Notes: a model not told the origin generated them from the letters alone. Shown: positions 49,764 to 61,700, numbered from the stretch's first letter. The stretch is DNA of 64,000 nucleotides from Bacteroidota bacterium (GCA_016714535.1 JADKDR010000006.1:264514-328513), one strand, 5' to 3'. A program made the numbers and translations.

Positions 49764-49859
49764 CAAACGTATATCCCCACCGTTAATCAGCAAAGCAATA
49801 TCATACCTGCGCTAATTTTATTTAAACTAACGTTGGTATTAAACAATCGTAAAAATTTA
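49764..49859 (-). promoter_or_regulatory. Copy B of the conserved upstream promoter cassette
   Basis: See copy A. It lies immediately upstream of the 48332..49732 start codon, with the same -33/-7 spacing (19 nt). Confidence 0.55.
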
Positions 49860-49862
49860 TTT

Positions 49863-50627
49863 TTAACGCACCTTGCTGAATAGCTCCATGAACTCGGCAC
49901 GCTTGCGAACCGCAAGCGGCACAAGGGTTTGGTCGCGTAGTTGTATTTGATTGTTGTTAGTTAGATTACTAACATAGTCCATGTTTATCATGTGCGATTT
50001 GTGACAAAGAAAAAAACCATGATGCTGCAACGAGGCGGTGTATCTTCCTATATTGTAACTACTTGTTAGTGTGCCTTTCGATTTTGTATGTATGCGCGAG
50101 TAGCGATCCCATCCTTCTATATGTATTATATCTTTTATATCAATCAACTCTGTTTGATTATGATTATATACAGCCAGTTTGTGTTCTCTCACATTGCTTT
50201 TTTCCATGTTGTACAATAGCGCATCGTACAGTTGTTTTTTTTGTTTCAGCTCCAGACGTTCGCGCACAAGTTGCAGCGCAGCCTTTATATCTTCTACAGC
50301 TACCGGCTTTAGCAAGTACGCCAATGCCAGGCAACGTATGGCATCAAGCGCATACTCCTGATGGCTTGTTATAAATACTATTTCAAAATGGATAGTTGAA
50401 AATCGCTTTATTAATTCAAACCCTGTTTCCTGAGGCATTACAATATCCAAGAAAACAACATCTGGATTGGTTTCAATTATTTTTTGATAGGCTTGCTCAA
50501 CACTATTTGCGGTTCCCACAATTTCTACTTCGGGCAGATGTTCGGTCAATATGTATTGCATGGCTTGCAATACTTTATTCTCATCATCTACCAGCAGGCA
50601 TTTTATTTTACTAGTCGAATTTAACAT
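49863..50627 (-). CDS. LytTR-family response regulator
   Basis: REC domain plus LytTR domain. It overlaps the upstream kinase gene by 7 bp. Confidence 0.85.
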   Translation of the reverse strand: MLNSTSKIKCLLVDDENKVLQAMQYILTEHLPEVEIVGTANSVEQAYQKIIETNPDVVFLDIVMPQETGFELIKRFSTIHFEIVFITSHQEYALDAIRCLALAYLLKPVAVEDIKAALQLVRERLELKQKKQLYDALLYNMEKSNVREHKLAVYNHNQTELIDIKDIIHIEGWDRYSRIHTKSKGTLTSSYNIGRYTASLQHHGFFLCHKSHMINMDYVSNLTNNNQIQLRDQTLVPLAVRKRAEFMELFSKVR

Positions 50628-53422
50628 ACGTTACTAAAAATTAGTTTTACTACTGTTCCCTTATATTGAGGCGCATTATCATCCAAATTGGTTATGGTAC
50701 ATTGCAGAGCTCCCGGCTTAATACGATTTACAATTTCCAGTTTTTCCTCAAATATTTCCATGGCGCGTGAGCTTATTATTGAGTTGTTGTGCTGTTTAAA
50801 TTTTTTGGAATTTTCAACGCCAACTCCGTTGTCGGTTATGGTTATGTGCAAGTCAGCTTTTATTTTGGTAAATGTAAGGTCTAAAATTCCGTGGTCAATA
50901 CGGTGAAACAAGCCATGCTGTATTGCATTTTCTACAAATGGTTGCAGCAGCATGGTATTTATTTTTACATGCTCAAGGTCAATGTTCGGGTCAATGCTGA
51001 TGTGATATTCAAACTTGTCTTCGTAGCGTAACTTTTCTAACGTCAAATATCTTGTGAGTAATTCTATTTCATCCTTTAGGTTGATAAATGATTTGCGCGA
51101 GGCTTCAAGATACTGCCTTACCAACTTCGAAAAACTTGTAAGAAAATGCTCAGCCTCGGCTTTCTTATTTGCCTGTATATATGACTGAATGGCCGCCATA
51201 GAGTTGTATATAAAATGAGGATTCATTTGGGATTCGAGTGCATTTAATTTCAACTCCTTCATACTTAACTCCAATGTTTTAATTTTATTTTCCCGTTCGG
51301 CCTTTGCCTGTATCCTATTGCGATATAGCCATATGACAGCGCCTAACACCACAAAATTCACTAATAAGCGAAATAGCAATGTTCCATACCATGGGACTTT
51401 TACAGAAAATTTTTTCTCTAATCTTGCGAGCACATCTCCGGTAAATTTATTTGTTGCTGTAACGGTAATTGTATACTCTCCTGATTTCAACTCCTTTAGT
51501 CGCAAGTAATTGGTTTCAAGCAACGTTGGCTCAGTATTTTCATTAAGTATATAGGAGTATTGTATTTCATCTACATAATCAAAATTAAACAAACTAAAAT
51601 ACATTTCAATATTTTCGAACGTGTTAGGCGCACTGAATAAGGGCAAAGACGTAAACTCAACACTATCGCACATAGCCTTGTATAATAATAGGGCTTTAGG
51701 CTTAGGCGGATTTGGATTAAATGCTATTTGCAGAATTTCATTTCGCATAATTGCGTTAAGCGTATCATTGTTAATATAAAAGTCTATAAGGTCATTACCA
51801 TTAATACCATCCTGCGTAGTATATGCTATACGGGGCGAGAGCGTATCATTTTGCAATCGATAGTAATATATACCTACATCATTTGAAAACACAATGCCCC
51901 CCTTGGCAAACAAAAATTTATTTACCGTCAGGTTGGTTGATACTTTTCTAATTGACCCTGAAGAAATTTTATAAATCCCCTGCCCATCAGTGCCAATAAA
52001 TATATCACCTGTTTGTGGATGTTGATTTACATGAGTTATAGAAAGTGTTTTAAAATAAGGTTCATATGAAATGGTATCGTTACAAATAAAATTCCTGTTT
52101 AAGACATAGATATTGTATTTAGAAAAAAAGTAAATGATGCCATCCTTGTCAATAAATGAAAGCTGGAAACGTTCATTATCAACAAACAGTGGCAGTTCCC
52201 TAATCGAATCATGCACAAGACAAAGTAATGATGCCCGTTGCATTTGCCGGCTTATTAGCAATGTATCCTTATTGTAATAATTAACTCTACTTGGGACAGA
52301 TGGTTCAATACCGGTAAATTTCTCCATATATTTATAAGGAAGCCATTTGCCACTTTTATTTTCAAGCATAATTGGTTTGGAGAGGGTAATTATAAACTCA
52401 TCATTATGAAAAAAGGGAGAAGCAAATCTTACTTTCGGAATAGTGTACTTATAATTAAATGTAAATGATGCAGTGTCAAACGAATAGATATTGTTATCCA
52501 TATCCGCATACAAGTTTGATTTGTTATATGGTATTATTGAACTTAATGGAGATGCAGTGTTTAGATCAAGTCGCTTCAGGCTTCTGTTTTTCTTTTTATA
52601 CAAGTACACCCCCTGTTCGCGCGTAGTTGCCCATATGTTGCCATCATTATCTAAGTAAACTCTATTTAATGCATTTGGCAAGGTGTATTGATACTCCATT
52701 TCTAAACTATCCTGATTAAATAAGTGCATTCCTATGCTGGATGATAAAATCAGTTTCCCATTTTTAAAAACAGGCGATCGATAATGAATATCCTTTGCCG
52801 AATATAATGTATACGTTTTTTTACTCTTCAACAACGTCACCTCTGCTGTATCCCTAAAGGCATTATATTCAATAGTATAATTATTATTGTAATAAAAATT
52901 TGTTTGGGTATTCTGTATTGAAGGCTTACTGACCTTTGAAACGAATTTATAATTATTGTTTTCATACATAAGTACAAAACGAATGGACGTGTCATTGCAA
53001 TAAATATTTCCATTTTGATCAGACTCTAATAAGTTGATCGAATAAGTTCCCGGCAGATCAACCGCCTTTTTTACCTCCTCATTTTCGATATAATATAATG
53101 AACGGTCATACACATGAATCCATATTTTATTTAAAGAATCAATGCTTAAAAACCAAATATCATTGGAGGGCAAGCCATCGTTGATTGAAAAATTTTTGAA
53201 CCTGTGTCCATCATATCTACTTATGCCACGTGTGCTATAAAACCACATAAAGCCTTGGTAGTCTTGCAGGCAACCATATACTGAATTGGAAGCAAGGCCA
53301 TCCCCTTTGGTAAAAACCCGATCAGGCTTTCCCAATCGTTCAATGATATGTTGTCCATTTACACTCCTTAAAGTAACCAAAGCGAGTATGCACGCAACAA
53401 GAAATATGACTAATGGTTTCAA
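50621..53422 (-). CDS. Sensor histidine kinase with a periplasmic beta-propeller / Y_Y_Y sensor and a LytS-type (His_kinase PF06580) core
   Basis: Signal peptide, propeller repeats, one TM (LLFRLLVNFVVLGAVIWLY), MNPHFIYNSMAAIQ and an HATPase domain. Confidence 0.8.
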   Translation of the reverse strand: MKPLVIFLVACILALVTLRSVNGQHIIERLGKPDRVFTKGDGLASNSVYGCLQDYQGFMWFYSTRGISRYDGHRFKNFSINDGLPSNDIWFLSIDSLNKIWIHVYDRSLYYIENEEVKKAVDLPGTYSINLLESDQNGNIYCNDTSIRFVLMYENNNYKFVSKVSKPSIQNTQTNFYYNNNYTIEYNAFRDTAEVTLLKSKKTYTLYSAKDIHYRSPVFKNGKLILSSSIGMHLFNQDSLEMEYQYTLPNALNRVYLDNDGNIWATTREQGVYLYKKKNRSLKRLDLNTASPLSSIIPYNKSNLYADMDNNIYSFDTASFTFNYKYTIPKVRFASPFFHNDEFIITLSKPIMLENKSGKWLPYKYMEKFTGIEPSVPSRVNYYNKDTLLISRQMQRASLLCLVHDSIRELPLFVDNERFQLSFIDKDGIIYFFSKYNIYVLNRNFICNDTISYEPYFKTLSITHVNQHPQTGDIFIGTDGQGIYKISSGSIRKVSTNLTVNKFLFAKGGIVFSNDVGIYYYRLQNDTLSPRIAYTTQDGINGNDLIDFYINNDTLNAIMRNEILQIAFNPNPPKPKALLLYKAMCDSVEFTSLPLFSAPNTFENIEMYFSLFNFDYVDEIQYSYILNENTEPTLLETNYLRLKELKSGEYTITVTATNKFTGDVLARLEKKFSVKVPWYGTLLFRLLVNFVVLGAVIWLYRNRIQAKAERENKIKTLELSMKELKLNALESQMNPHFIYNSMAAIQSYIQANKKAEAEHFLTSFSKLVRQYLEASRKSFINLKDEIELLTRYLTLEKLRYEDKFEYHISIDPNIDLEHVKINTMLLQPFVENAIQHGLFHRIDHGILDLTFTKIKADLHITITDNGVGVENSKKFKQHNNSIISSRAMEIFEEKLEIVNRIKPGALQCTITNLDDNAPQYKGTVVKLIFSNVC

Positions 53423-53489
53423 TTACTATTTGAGGCTAAATTTTTCAGGAGATGAAAGTAATTAATTCTGTTCTATTAAACAGAGGAAC

Positions 53490-53521
53490 AAAAAAAAAAC
53501 GGCACAATTTAAATTGTGCCG
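53490..53521 (-). terminator. Rho-independent terminator of the 53543.. cargo gene
   Basis: A10 followed by CGGCACAATT-taa-ATTGTGCCG, a perfect 10-bp stem. Confidence 0.7.
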
Positions 53522-53542
53522 GTCTATCTAAAGAAAAGAATT

Positions 53543-54265
53543 TTAATTTTTAATAATTCTGGTTTTATAAACTACAGCACCATCATTCACCTCTATCATA
53601 TAAATGCCTGCAGTTAGATTTTGCAGCGAGAGCATCGTAAGATTTTCTCCTTCACTAATGTCAATGTTAGATTGGCTAACAGGCTTTCCAAGCATATCAA
53701 ATACGCGAATGGTGCCGGTAGTCTGCATTTCGCTAGTGAATAACAAGGCAACGTCATTTTCTGATGGATTAGGGAAAACTTGCAAATCACCCTCATCACT
53801 ATATTTATTAAACGCTTCATTTAAAGGCATTGATTTTACAAAGTTTGTACTGCTTACGTCCACACGCAGTTTGTAGCAAACAGTATTATTGAACGCTCCA
53901 TTATATCCATTTACACGTACCTTATAGGTAGCAGCTGTAGTAGCATTACGGATGATAGTTTCATTGGCCGTGCCGTTGTTCTGTGATTTAGCCAACAGCG
54001 CATTGCTGCTGCTATACAGACGTAAATCGTAATCTGCAGGCAAATTCTGAAGCGTAACTTTTAATTTTGTATTGGGTGAAACAGTAGCAAATGTTAACCA
54101 ATCTAAATCGCCAGACACGCCAATCAAGGCAAATATATCAATGCTTACAGGTATTGCTTTGGCAGTACTTGATGAATTGTTGGTTTCATATACATCGGTG
54201 CAAGCTGCACCTACCGGTACCAATGCTACGTTTAAATTTGTTAAGCTACCATTAGTGAGAACCAC
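53543..54265 (-). CDS. C-terminal part of a mosaic T9SS cargo gene: CarboxypepD_reg-like domain plus type-A CTD
   Basis: …VVLTNGSLTNLNVALVPVG… and a CTD ending GIYMIEVNDGAVVYKTRIIKN. The upstream region 54266..55239 encodes LVIVD-like and SBBP-like propeller repeats, but it is broken by an in-frame TGA and two 1-bp indels. Confidence 0.6.
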   Translation of the reverse strand: MVLTNGSLTNLNVALVPVGAACTDVYETNNSSSTAKAIPVSIDIFALIGVSGDLDWLTFATVSPNTKLKVTLQNLPADYDLRLYSSSNALLAKSQNNGTANETIIRNATTAATYKVRVNGYNGAFNNTVCYKLRVDVSSTNFVKSMPLNEAFNKYSDEGDLQVFPNPSENDVALLFTSEMQTTGTIRVFDMLGKPVSQSNIDISEGENLTMLSLQNLTAGIYMIEVNDGAVVYKTRIIKN

Positions 54266-55239
54266 ATCTGAAGTAACTTTAGTGGTATAACCCGTTTTAC
54301 TAACGGTTACTGTATATGTTCCGGAAGTTACCGTTCCTGATTTATACTCACCATTAACTGCCGAAGTTTCGTTTAAGGTGGCTGGTCCGGTGATGCTAAC
54401 AGTAGCACCTGCTATGATTAATCCCGTTTGCTGATCGGTAATAACACCTTCGATATGGCAGGCCCGTGTATACGTAGGTGTTAATACGAATAAACCATTT
54501 TCAATATCACTAACGATTACGTTACCCGATGCAAAATAAGGGTATACACCCCATGCGCCATTAAATCCATTGCCGGCTAATGAAGGTGATGTATCGTACC
54601 ATCCCGTTAATACTAAATTGCCCGGGCGGGTTACATCAACTATTGTAAATCCATCGCGATAATATGAGCATACTGCATACTCATCTCTAATATATGTGTT
54701 GTGAATGATTGATCCTGAAGCCGGATTCTGAGATTGTATTTTGTCAAGTAATTGAACGTTGTTGGGGTCCGAAACATTATATGCAGCAAGGTATGAGTTG
54801 CTTACTTCGTCAGTTGTAAAAACTACATTCTGTGACCCATTGAGCCAGGTGTTATGACAAAAAGCATTGGGTGTAGTTTGTTTGTTTGCAGCACACTGTA
54901 ACTACCCTCGCTAAGGGATCCGCCATTGGTTCGTGTCCACAAGATTGCACCATCAGCATCTAGCCGCACTAAAAAGAAATCTGCAAATCCGTTACCATAG
55001 CTTTTGGTATAACCGGCTATAATAAACCCTCTATCAGCTGTTGCATTTATTCAATAACCTTCATCGTCATATTCCCCACCAATGGTTTTAGTAAATAGGG
55101 TGTCACCATTGATGTCAAATTTACAAACGTATACATCTTTAAATGCATTGTCTACAATAGAGCTGCCACATGCTGCAAATTTCCCATCGGCCAATGCTAC
55201 TTCAGAATTGCCGGTACAATTAAATCCATTATTTATCAT
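54266..55239 (-). pseudogene. Upstream, disrupted part of the same cargo gene (propeller repeats, Met start at 55239)
   Basis: MINNGFNCTGNSEVALADGKFAACGSS…EGY-TGA-INATADRGFIIAGYTKSYGNGFADFFLVRLDADGAILW…, then …NTYIRDEYAVCSYYRDGFTIVDVTRPGNLVLTGWYDTSPSLAGNGFNGAWGVYPYFASGNVIVSDIENGLFVL. The frames shift at runs GGGG (54768) and AAAAA (54831). Confidence 0.5.
54564..55050. repeat. Copy 2 of the ~487-bp near-identical segment (see 42054..42539)
   Basis: Direct comparison. Confidence 0.8.
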
Positions 55240-55642
55240 GATGTTGAAATTGGAATTTTGCGCATTGGTAACATAATAGCTAGCACAAAATACAATTAGG
55301 CAGGATAGTAAATACTTAATTGGCCAACAACTGAATTTAAGTTGCCAGTGTGTGTGTAAGCGAAAATGGTTTGCGATGCAATACTGCTGATACTCTCAAC
55401 TTCGCATACAGTAACCGGTACATTGCCGGATTTGGAGTTTTGATTTTTCATACGTTTGTCTTTTAATTTGTAAATACTGGTAAAAACTCGGAATACAATG
55501 TGCCCATAGGCAAATGATTTTTTTGCAAATACAAACTAACGTGATTTATTTTTACAAAAGCAAAATTAATTTGTAGAAGCCATCTGCTTTTGCACCAGAG
55601 TCAAATAACTATTTTAATTTTTTCAATAACATCCGCATTTTG

Positions 55643-55678
55643 AAAAAAAAAGAGGCTGCCTCTTTCGAAACAGCCTCT
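55643..55678 (-). terminator. Rho-independent terminator of the giant SprB-like gene
   Basis: A-run followed by AGAGGCTG…CAGCCTCT. It has the same core as the terminator at 31720..31753. Confidence 0.6.
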
Positions 55679-55709
55679 CTGGTAATTTGCGTTTATTCTT
55701 TACTTAAAA

Positions 55710-58700
55710 CTACTTCTTAATAAACCTTACAGTTTCAGTCATACCATTCAACTGAACGTTTACTAGATACATTCCGGCTGCAAACTGAGTCATGTTATAC
55801 AAACGTGTGTTATTACCTGCAAAGGCTGCTTCCTCTAAATTAAATACCACTCGGCCAATGTTATCATACACAGTTACGCGTACTGTACCATCTTCAGTCG
55901 CTTCAAAGTTCATATTCACCATTCCTTCTCCTGGATTAGGATAAATAGTTACCATACCGGTAGTGCTTACGATGTCGCTGGTAATCTTTGGAGGTGCAGG
56001 GCAAGTTAACATACTTGAAGTGCTACCTTGTATACCACCGGCCCATGCTCTCAATATATTCCATACCGCTGTACTACACTGCGCAGATGTATAAGGACTT
56101 GAACATGCACCAAGTTTCTTATTAGCTTCGTTTAATACTTGCGTTACAGTCATACCAGCAAATGGCGCTGTACCATATATTAGGTCACCTAATGTTACTG
56201 TTGGCACAGGCGCAAAGTTCGGATCGTATGCATCAAATACCACACTTAGTTTCAAGCTCACTACCAATGCTGCAAACGAACTGTTAAACGAGCCACTTGT
56301 TGGGTTGTTCAGGTTAGAGCTTAACTGTAATGCACCACCTGTTGCAGGTTGACCGGTTAAGAAATTGCGCACTGCCGTAGAGCTGCTTAAGGTAAGAGTC
56401 TTGCTTCCACCGCAACCGCCACCTACAACCAAACTAGCCGGGAATGCGGCCGGGAAATGGTTAGTCAGGTAAGTACCTATGTTATTGCCTGCGGCCGGTG
56501 TTGTCCAACCTACTGCATTTCCATATGTACCAGGATTCGGGAACTCAGTATGGAATGGTGTACCATTGCTACACAAGAAAGGTGGCTGAGTAATCGTTAC
56601 TGTTGCTTGGGTTAAGCATCCACTTGCATCCGTTACCGTTACCTGGAATGTTCCTGCGGTTAATCCGATTACATCTTGAGTGGTCCTTACTGGTATGGTA
56701 TTCCACTGATACGTGTAAGTACCGCCTCCACCGCTTACGCTAATGTATGCTGCTCCATTGTTACCTCCATAGTTGGTTACATTGCTTGTGCTATCAACAA
56801 CTACAACAATTGACGTTGGTGCTGTTATTACACAACTGCTGCTGTTACTGCAACCGTTTGCATCTGTTACCGTTACGGTATACGTACCCGGAGGCAAGTT
56901 GCTAATGCTACTGCTTGTAGCAAAAGTATTCCACACATAAGTGTATGGCGCACTTCCACCTGCTGCGGCTACACTTGATGCACCGTTGCTTCCATTATTG
57001 CAAGTAGTATTAGTACAGCTTTGGCTCAATACGATAGCGTTAGGTTGCGTTAACACTACACATAAGGTGATGGTACATCCATTGGCATCTGTAACCGTTA
57101 CGGTATGTGGTCCTGCTGGCAGGCCAGTGCGGTCTTCGGTAGTAGCTCCGCCTGTCCATATGTAAGTATATGGGGCCGAACCTCCGGTTACGGTAATGTT
57201 AATACTACCATTGCTGCCACCGTTGCAAGCTGGATTTACATGCGTTTCGGTAATGTTAAGTCCGCTTGCCGGAGCTGTAACTTCATAGCTTGCCGTGGCA
57301 GTACATCCGTTCGCGTCTGTTACGGTCACCGTATATATTCCACCCATCAAGCCTGTTGCTGTTTGAGTAGTTTGACCGTTACTCCACATATAACCGTATG
57401 GCATAGTTCCGCCACTTACCGTAGCCGTTGCAGTACCATTGCTATTTCCATTACAACTTGCATTGGTACCACTAGCAGTTACAGCTAATGCTGCAGGCTG
57501 CGTTAAGGTAATACTTACTGTTTGTGTACATGTTCCATTACTTACTGTTACTGTATAGATACCTACTCCAATACCCATCAAGTCTTCAGTTGTTGCTCCG
57601 GTACTCCATGTATACGTGTAAGTGCCTAGTGGATTGGTGGTCAGGTTAATGCTACCATCCAAACCTCCATTACAACGGATGTTATATCCGCCTGCATAGG
57701 TTGGGCTATTCAAACTAGCGGTAAAGCCACCGTTATCTGTAACCTTCACACATACGCTTATTACACATCCGTTGGCATCAGTTACAGTTACAAAGTTATT
57801 ACCTGGACATAAGCCGGTAGCAGTTTGGCCAGTCTGACCGCTGCTCCACAAGTAACTGTATGGCATTGTTCCTCCCGTAACATTTACCGTTCCTTCGCCA
57901 TTGCACAATCCGCAAGTTGAGTTAACGCTCGAAGTGCTTATTGTATCCAGTACTGCCGGTTCTATTATCTCTCCTGATGCGGTTACGGTACATCCATTAG
58001 CATCGGTTACCGTTACGGTATACATTCCTGCTCCGGTATTTACAATATAGCTTAAGCTTGCTCCTGTGTTCCATGCATAACTGTATGGCGCTGTTCCTCC
58101 GGTCACTGCTATGCTTATGCTGCCATCCATCATTCCATTACAACTTACATTTACTGCTGTAGCTGTAGCTTCTAATAAGGCTGGCTGAGTTATCGTTCCG
58201 CTTAAGCTTGCTGTACATCCACTGCTGTCAGTTACAGTTACAGCATAGATTCCTGCACCGGCCGTAATCGAAGTAGTAGTCATACTATTACTCCAAGCAT
58301 AGGTGTAAGGAGCACTGCCACCATTCAGATTAGTGATTGATAACGTTCCATTTCCTCCGTTGCATAATGGATTAACTGCACTCAAGGTAAACTGTATGGA
58401 TGCCGGTTGACCAACAAACGCTGTACAAGAAGTAGTACATCCTTGATTATCGGTAATTAAAACAGTATAAACACCTGCTGTTAAGCCTGTATTAATTGCG
58501 TTGGTTCCTCCATTACTCCATTGGTATACATACGGTGGTGTGCCTCCAAATACATTAACTGTTGCAGTTCCTATTGCCTGTCCGCAAGCAGTAGGCGTGC
58601 AAACTGTGTTGCAATTAAGTGCTGCACTTTGTGACATGATAATGGCAACCTGAACGTTACAACCCATACTATCAGTTACGGTAACATACACTGCCCCTGC

Positions 58701-61700
58701 ACTCAAGCCGCTTGCAGTCTGAGTAGTTTGGCCATTGCTCCATAAGTAAATATATGCATTGCCAATGGTGAATGGCGTACCTCCTACCGGAGTTATGGTT
58801 GCTGTTCCATTGTTTCCACCCTGACACACAGGACCTCCTGTAGTAAAGCTATAAATCAATGGGCTTGGCTCAGTTACTATGACTGTACAAACACTGCTAC
58901 AACCATCACCATCAAATACTGTTACTTGATATGTTCCTGCTCCAAGTCCTGTAGCCGTTAGCGTAGTTTGTGCAGGAGCTGTGTTCCAAATTACATTATA
59001 TACTCCATTTCCGCCTGCGGGTACTACCGTAGCTTGCCCATCATGATAACCACTGCAACTTACATTTTGTGTTACACTGGCTGTACATGTAACTGGTGTT
59101 GGAGCATTAATAACTGCCGTTGCAGTTATTGGTCCGCAACCATTTGCATCATTTATAGTAACCGTATACGTTCCTGCTGCAAGACCGGTGATGGCACTCG
59201 TAGTTGCTCCATTGCTCCAGCTATAGGTATAAGGTGGTGTTCCACCTCCTACTACCGCTACTGCGGTGCCGGTTGGATTGTTACAGGTTACATTTGTATT
59301 GCTGGTGCCTACACTTAATGCCATTGGCTCAACAATAACGATGCTGCAAGTGCTGCTACATCCATTAGCATCTGTCACAGTCACAGTATATGTGCCTGAT
59401 GCTAATCCACTAATGCTGCCAGTAGATGCGCTGTTGCTCCAACTGTAGGTATATGGAGCGGTACCGCCTATTGCATTGGCAGTTGCCGTACCGGTACTTC
59501 CACCGTTACAACTTACTCCTGTACTGCTAATTGCACATTGTACTGCTGCAGGTTGATTTACTACAAAGCAATACGTTACACTACAACCCAAACTATCTGT
59601 TATGGTTACATAATAAACGCCTGCAGGTACCGTAGCCGTATTGGTAGTATTGCCTGGATCCTGACTCCAGCTATAAGTATATGGGCCTGTTCCGCCTGTT
59701 GGGCTCACAAGCAATACACTTGTACCACCGTTACATAAAATAGGTGTCTGCGTTGGGTTTACTACAATACTTGTAGAGTTTAGTATCGTATAGCTCATGG
59801 TGGTAGTACAACCTTTGTAATCCGTTACGGTTACAGTATATGTACCGGCTGTTAAACCGGTAGCGGTTGCACCCATCTGACCATTGCTCCATAGGTAGTT
59901 ATAAGGGGCGGTTCCTCCGCTTATTGCTGCAGTTGCGCTTCCTGTATTGGCTCCGTTACAAGCAATGTCAACCTGACTTGGCGCAATAACCAAAACTGTT
60001 GGTTCGGTTATGGTGACACTTGTTTGGGTAGTACATGCATTTGCATCTGTTACAGTTACCGTGTAAGTACCTGCTGCCAAACCAGTTGCTGATGCATTAG
60101 ATTGACCATTACTCCAACTATAGGTATAGCCCGGTGTTCCTCCAATTACATTTACTGTGGCGCTACCGGTACTTGCACCATTGCAATTTACATTCGTTTG
60201 TGAAGTAGTCGTAATCATTGCACTTGGCTCATCTATTTCAATATCAATCGAAGCTGTACAGCCTGCGTCATCTGTTACCGTTACGGTATATGTTCCTGCT
60301 GCAAGGCCGGTGGCCGTAGCATCAGTTTGTCCATTGCTCCATAAATATGCATAAGGGGATGGACCAACACTTGCTACCACGGTTGCCGTGCCGCTTGTGC
60401 CTCCATTACATAATACATTTGTTCCACTAATATTTAATACCAGACTACCCGGTGCTGTTATGGTTAAACTGGCTGTAGCTGTGCATCCATTAGCGTCTGT
60501 TACTGTTACGATATATCCGCCAGGCACAAGTCCTGTGGCGGTTGCACCTGTTTGTCCGTCACTCCAAAGGTATGTGTAAGCCGGAGTGCCTCCTGCTCCC
60601 TGTGCCGTAGCACTTGCTGTGCCACCACCTGTACAGGTGATTGGTACAACAGTAGGGATACTTGCAGTTACAGGGGTTAGTGGTTCTGTAATTTCTATAC
60701 TTGCCGTATATATACATCCTTGTGCATCAGTAACGGTTACTGTATAGGTCCCAGCCGTTAAGCCCGTGGCGGTCATCGTGCCCTGGCCTGGTACCGTATT
60801 CCAACTGATGCTGTAAGGTGCTGTACCTCCGGTAATGCCGCTAATAGTTGCGCTGCCGTTATTACCTCCATTACATAATACATTTACTCCTGTTAATGGA
60901 TTGGCTGTTATCGTGCTGCCCTGATTAATGATAATTCCTGTAAGTTGTGCGGTACATCCATTGGCATCCGTTACTGTTACACTGTAGGTACCTGCTGGCA
61001 AGTTAACAGCGGTGGCTGTTGTTTGACCATCACTCCACAAATAGCTGTAAGGCATGGTGCCTCCGCTTGCTGTTACTGTGGCGGTGCCTATTCCCGTTTG
61101 ACACGTAGGTTGGGTTGTGGTAAACGCTGCCATTATTCCTGTAGGCTGAGTCACAACCACACTTGCGGTCTTGGTGCATCCATTGGCATCAGTTATGGTT
61201 ACGGTATAAGTACCTGCACTTAATCCTGTAGCTGTTGCTGTAGTTTGGGCAACACTGGTATTCCACAAGTAAGTATATGGGCCGGTGCCTCCTGTTACTC
61301 CTGAAACAGTAGCTGTTCCATCGTTACCTCCATTACAACTTACCGCTGTGATGGTCAATGGATCGCAGGTTATGGCTGCCGGCTGACTTAACGTCACACT
61401 GCAACTGGTTGTACAGTTGTTCTTGTCTTTTACGATCACCGTATACGTGCCTGCTCCTACATTGTTTACTATCGCGGTAGTGGCTACCGGTACGGTATTC
61501 CAGGTATATGTGTAACCTGGCGTGCCGCCTGTTACAGTTACGCCTATCTTGCCAAGACCTCCATTACATGTTATCGTTTGCAATACGTTTGCACTGCAAC
61601 TTAATACTGCTGGCTGTGTTAACGTTACACTCTGTGTCTTGGTACATCCGTTGGCATCAGTTATGGTTACGGTATAGGTTCCTGCCGCTAGGCCAGTAGC

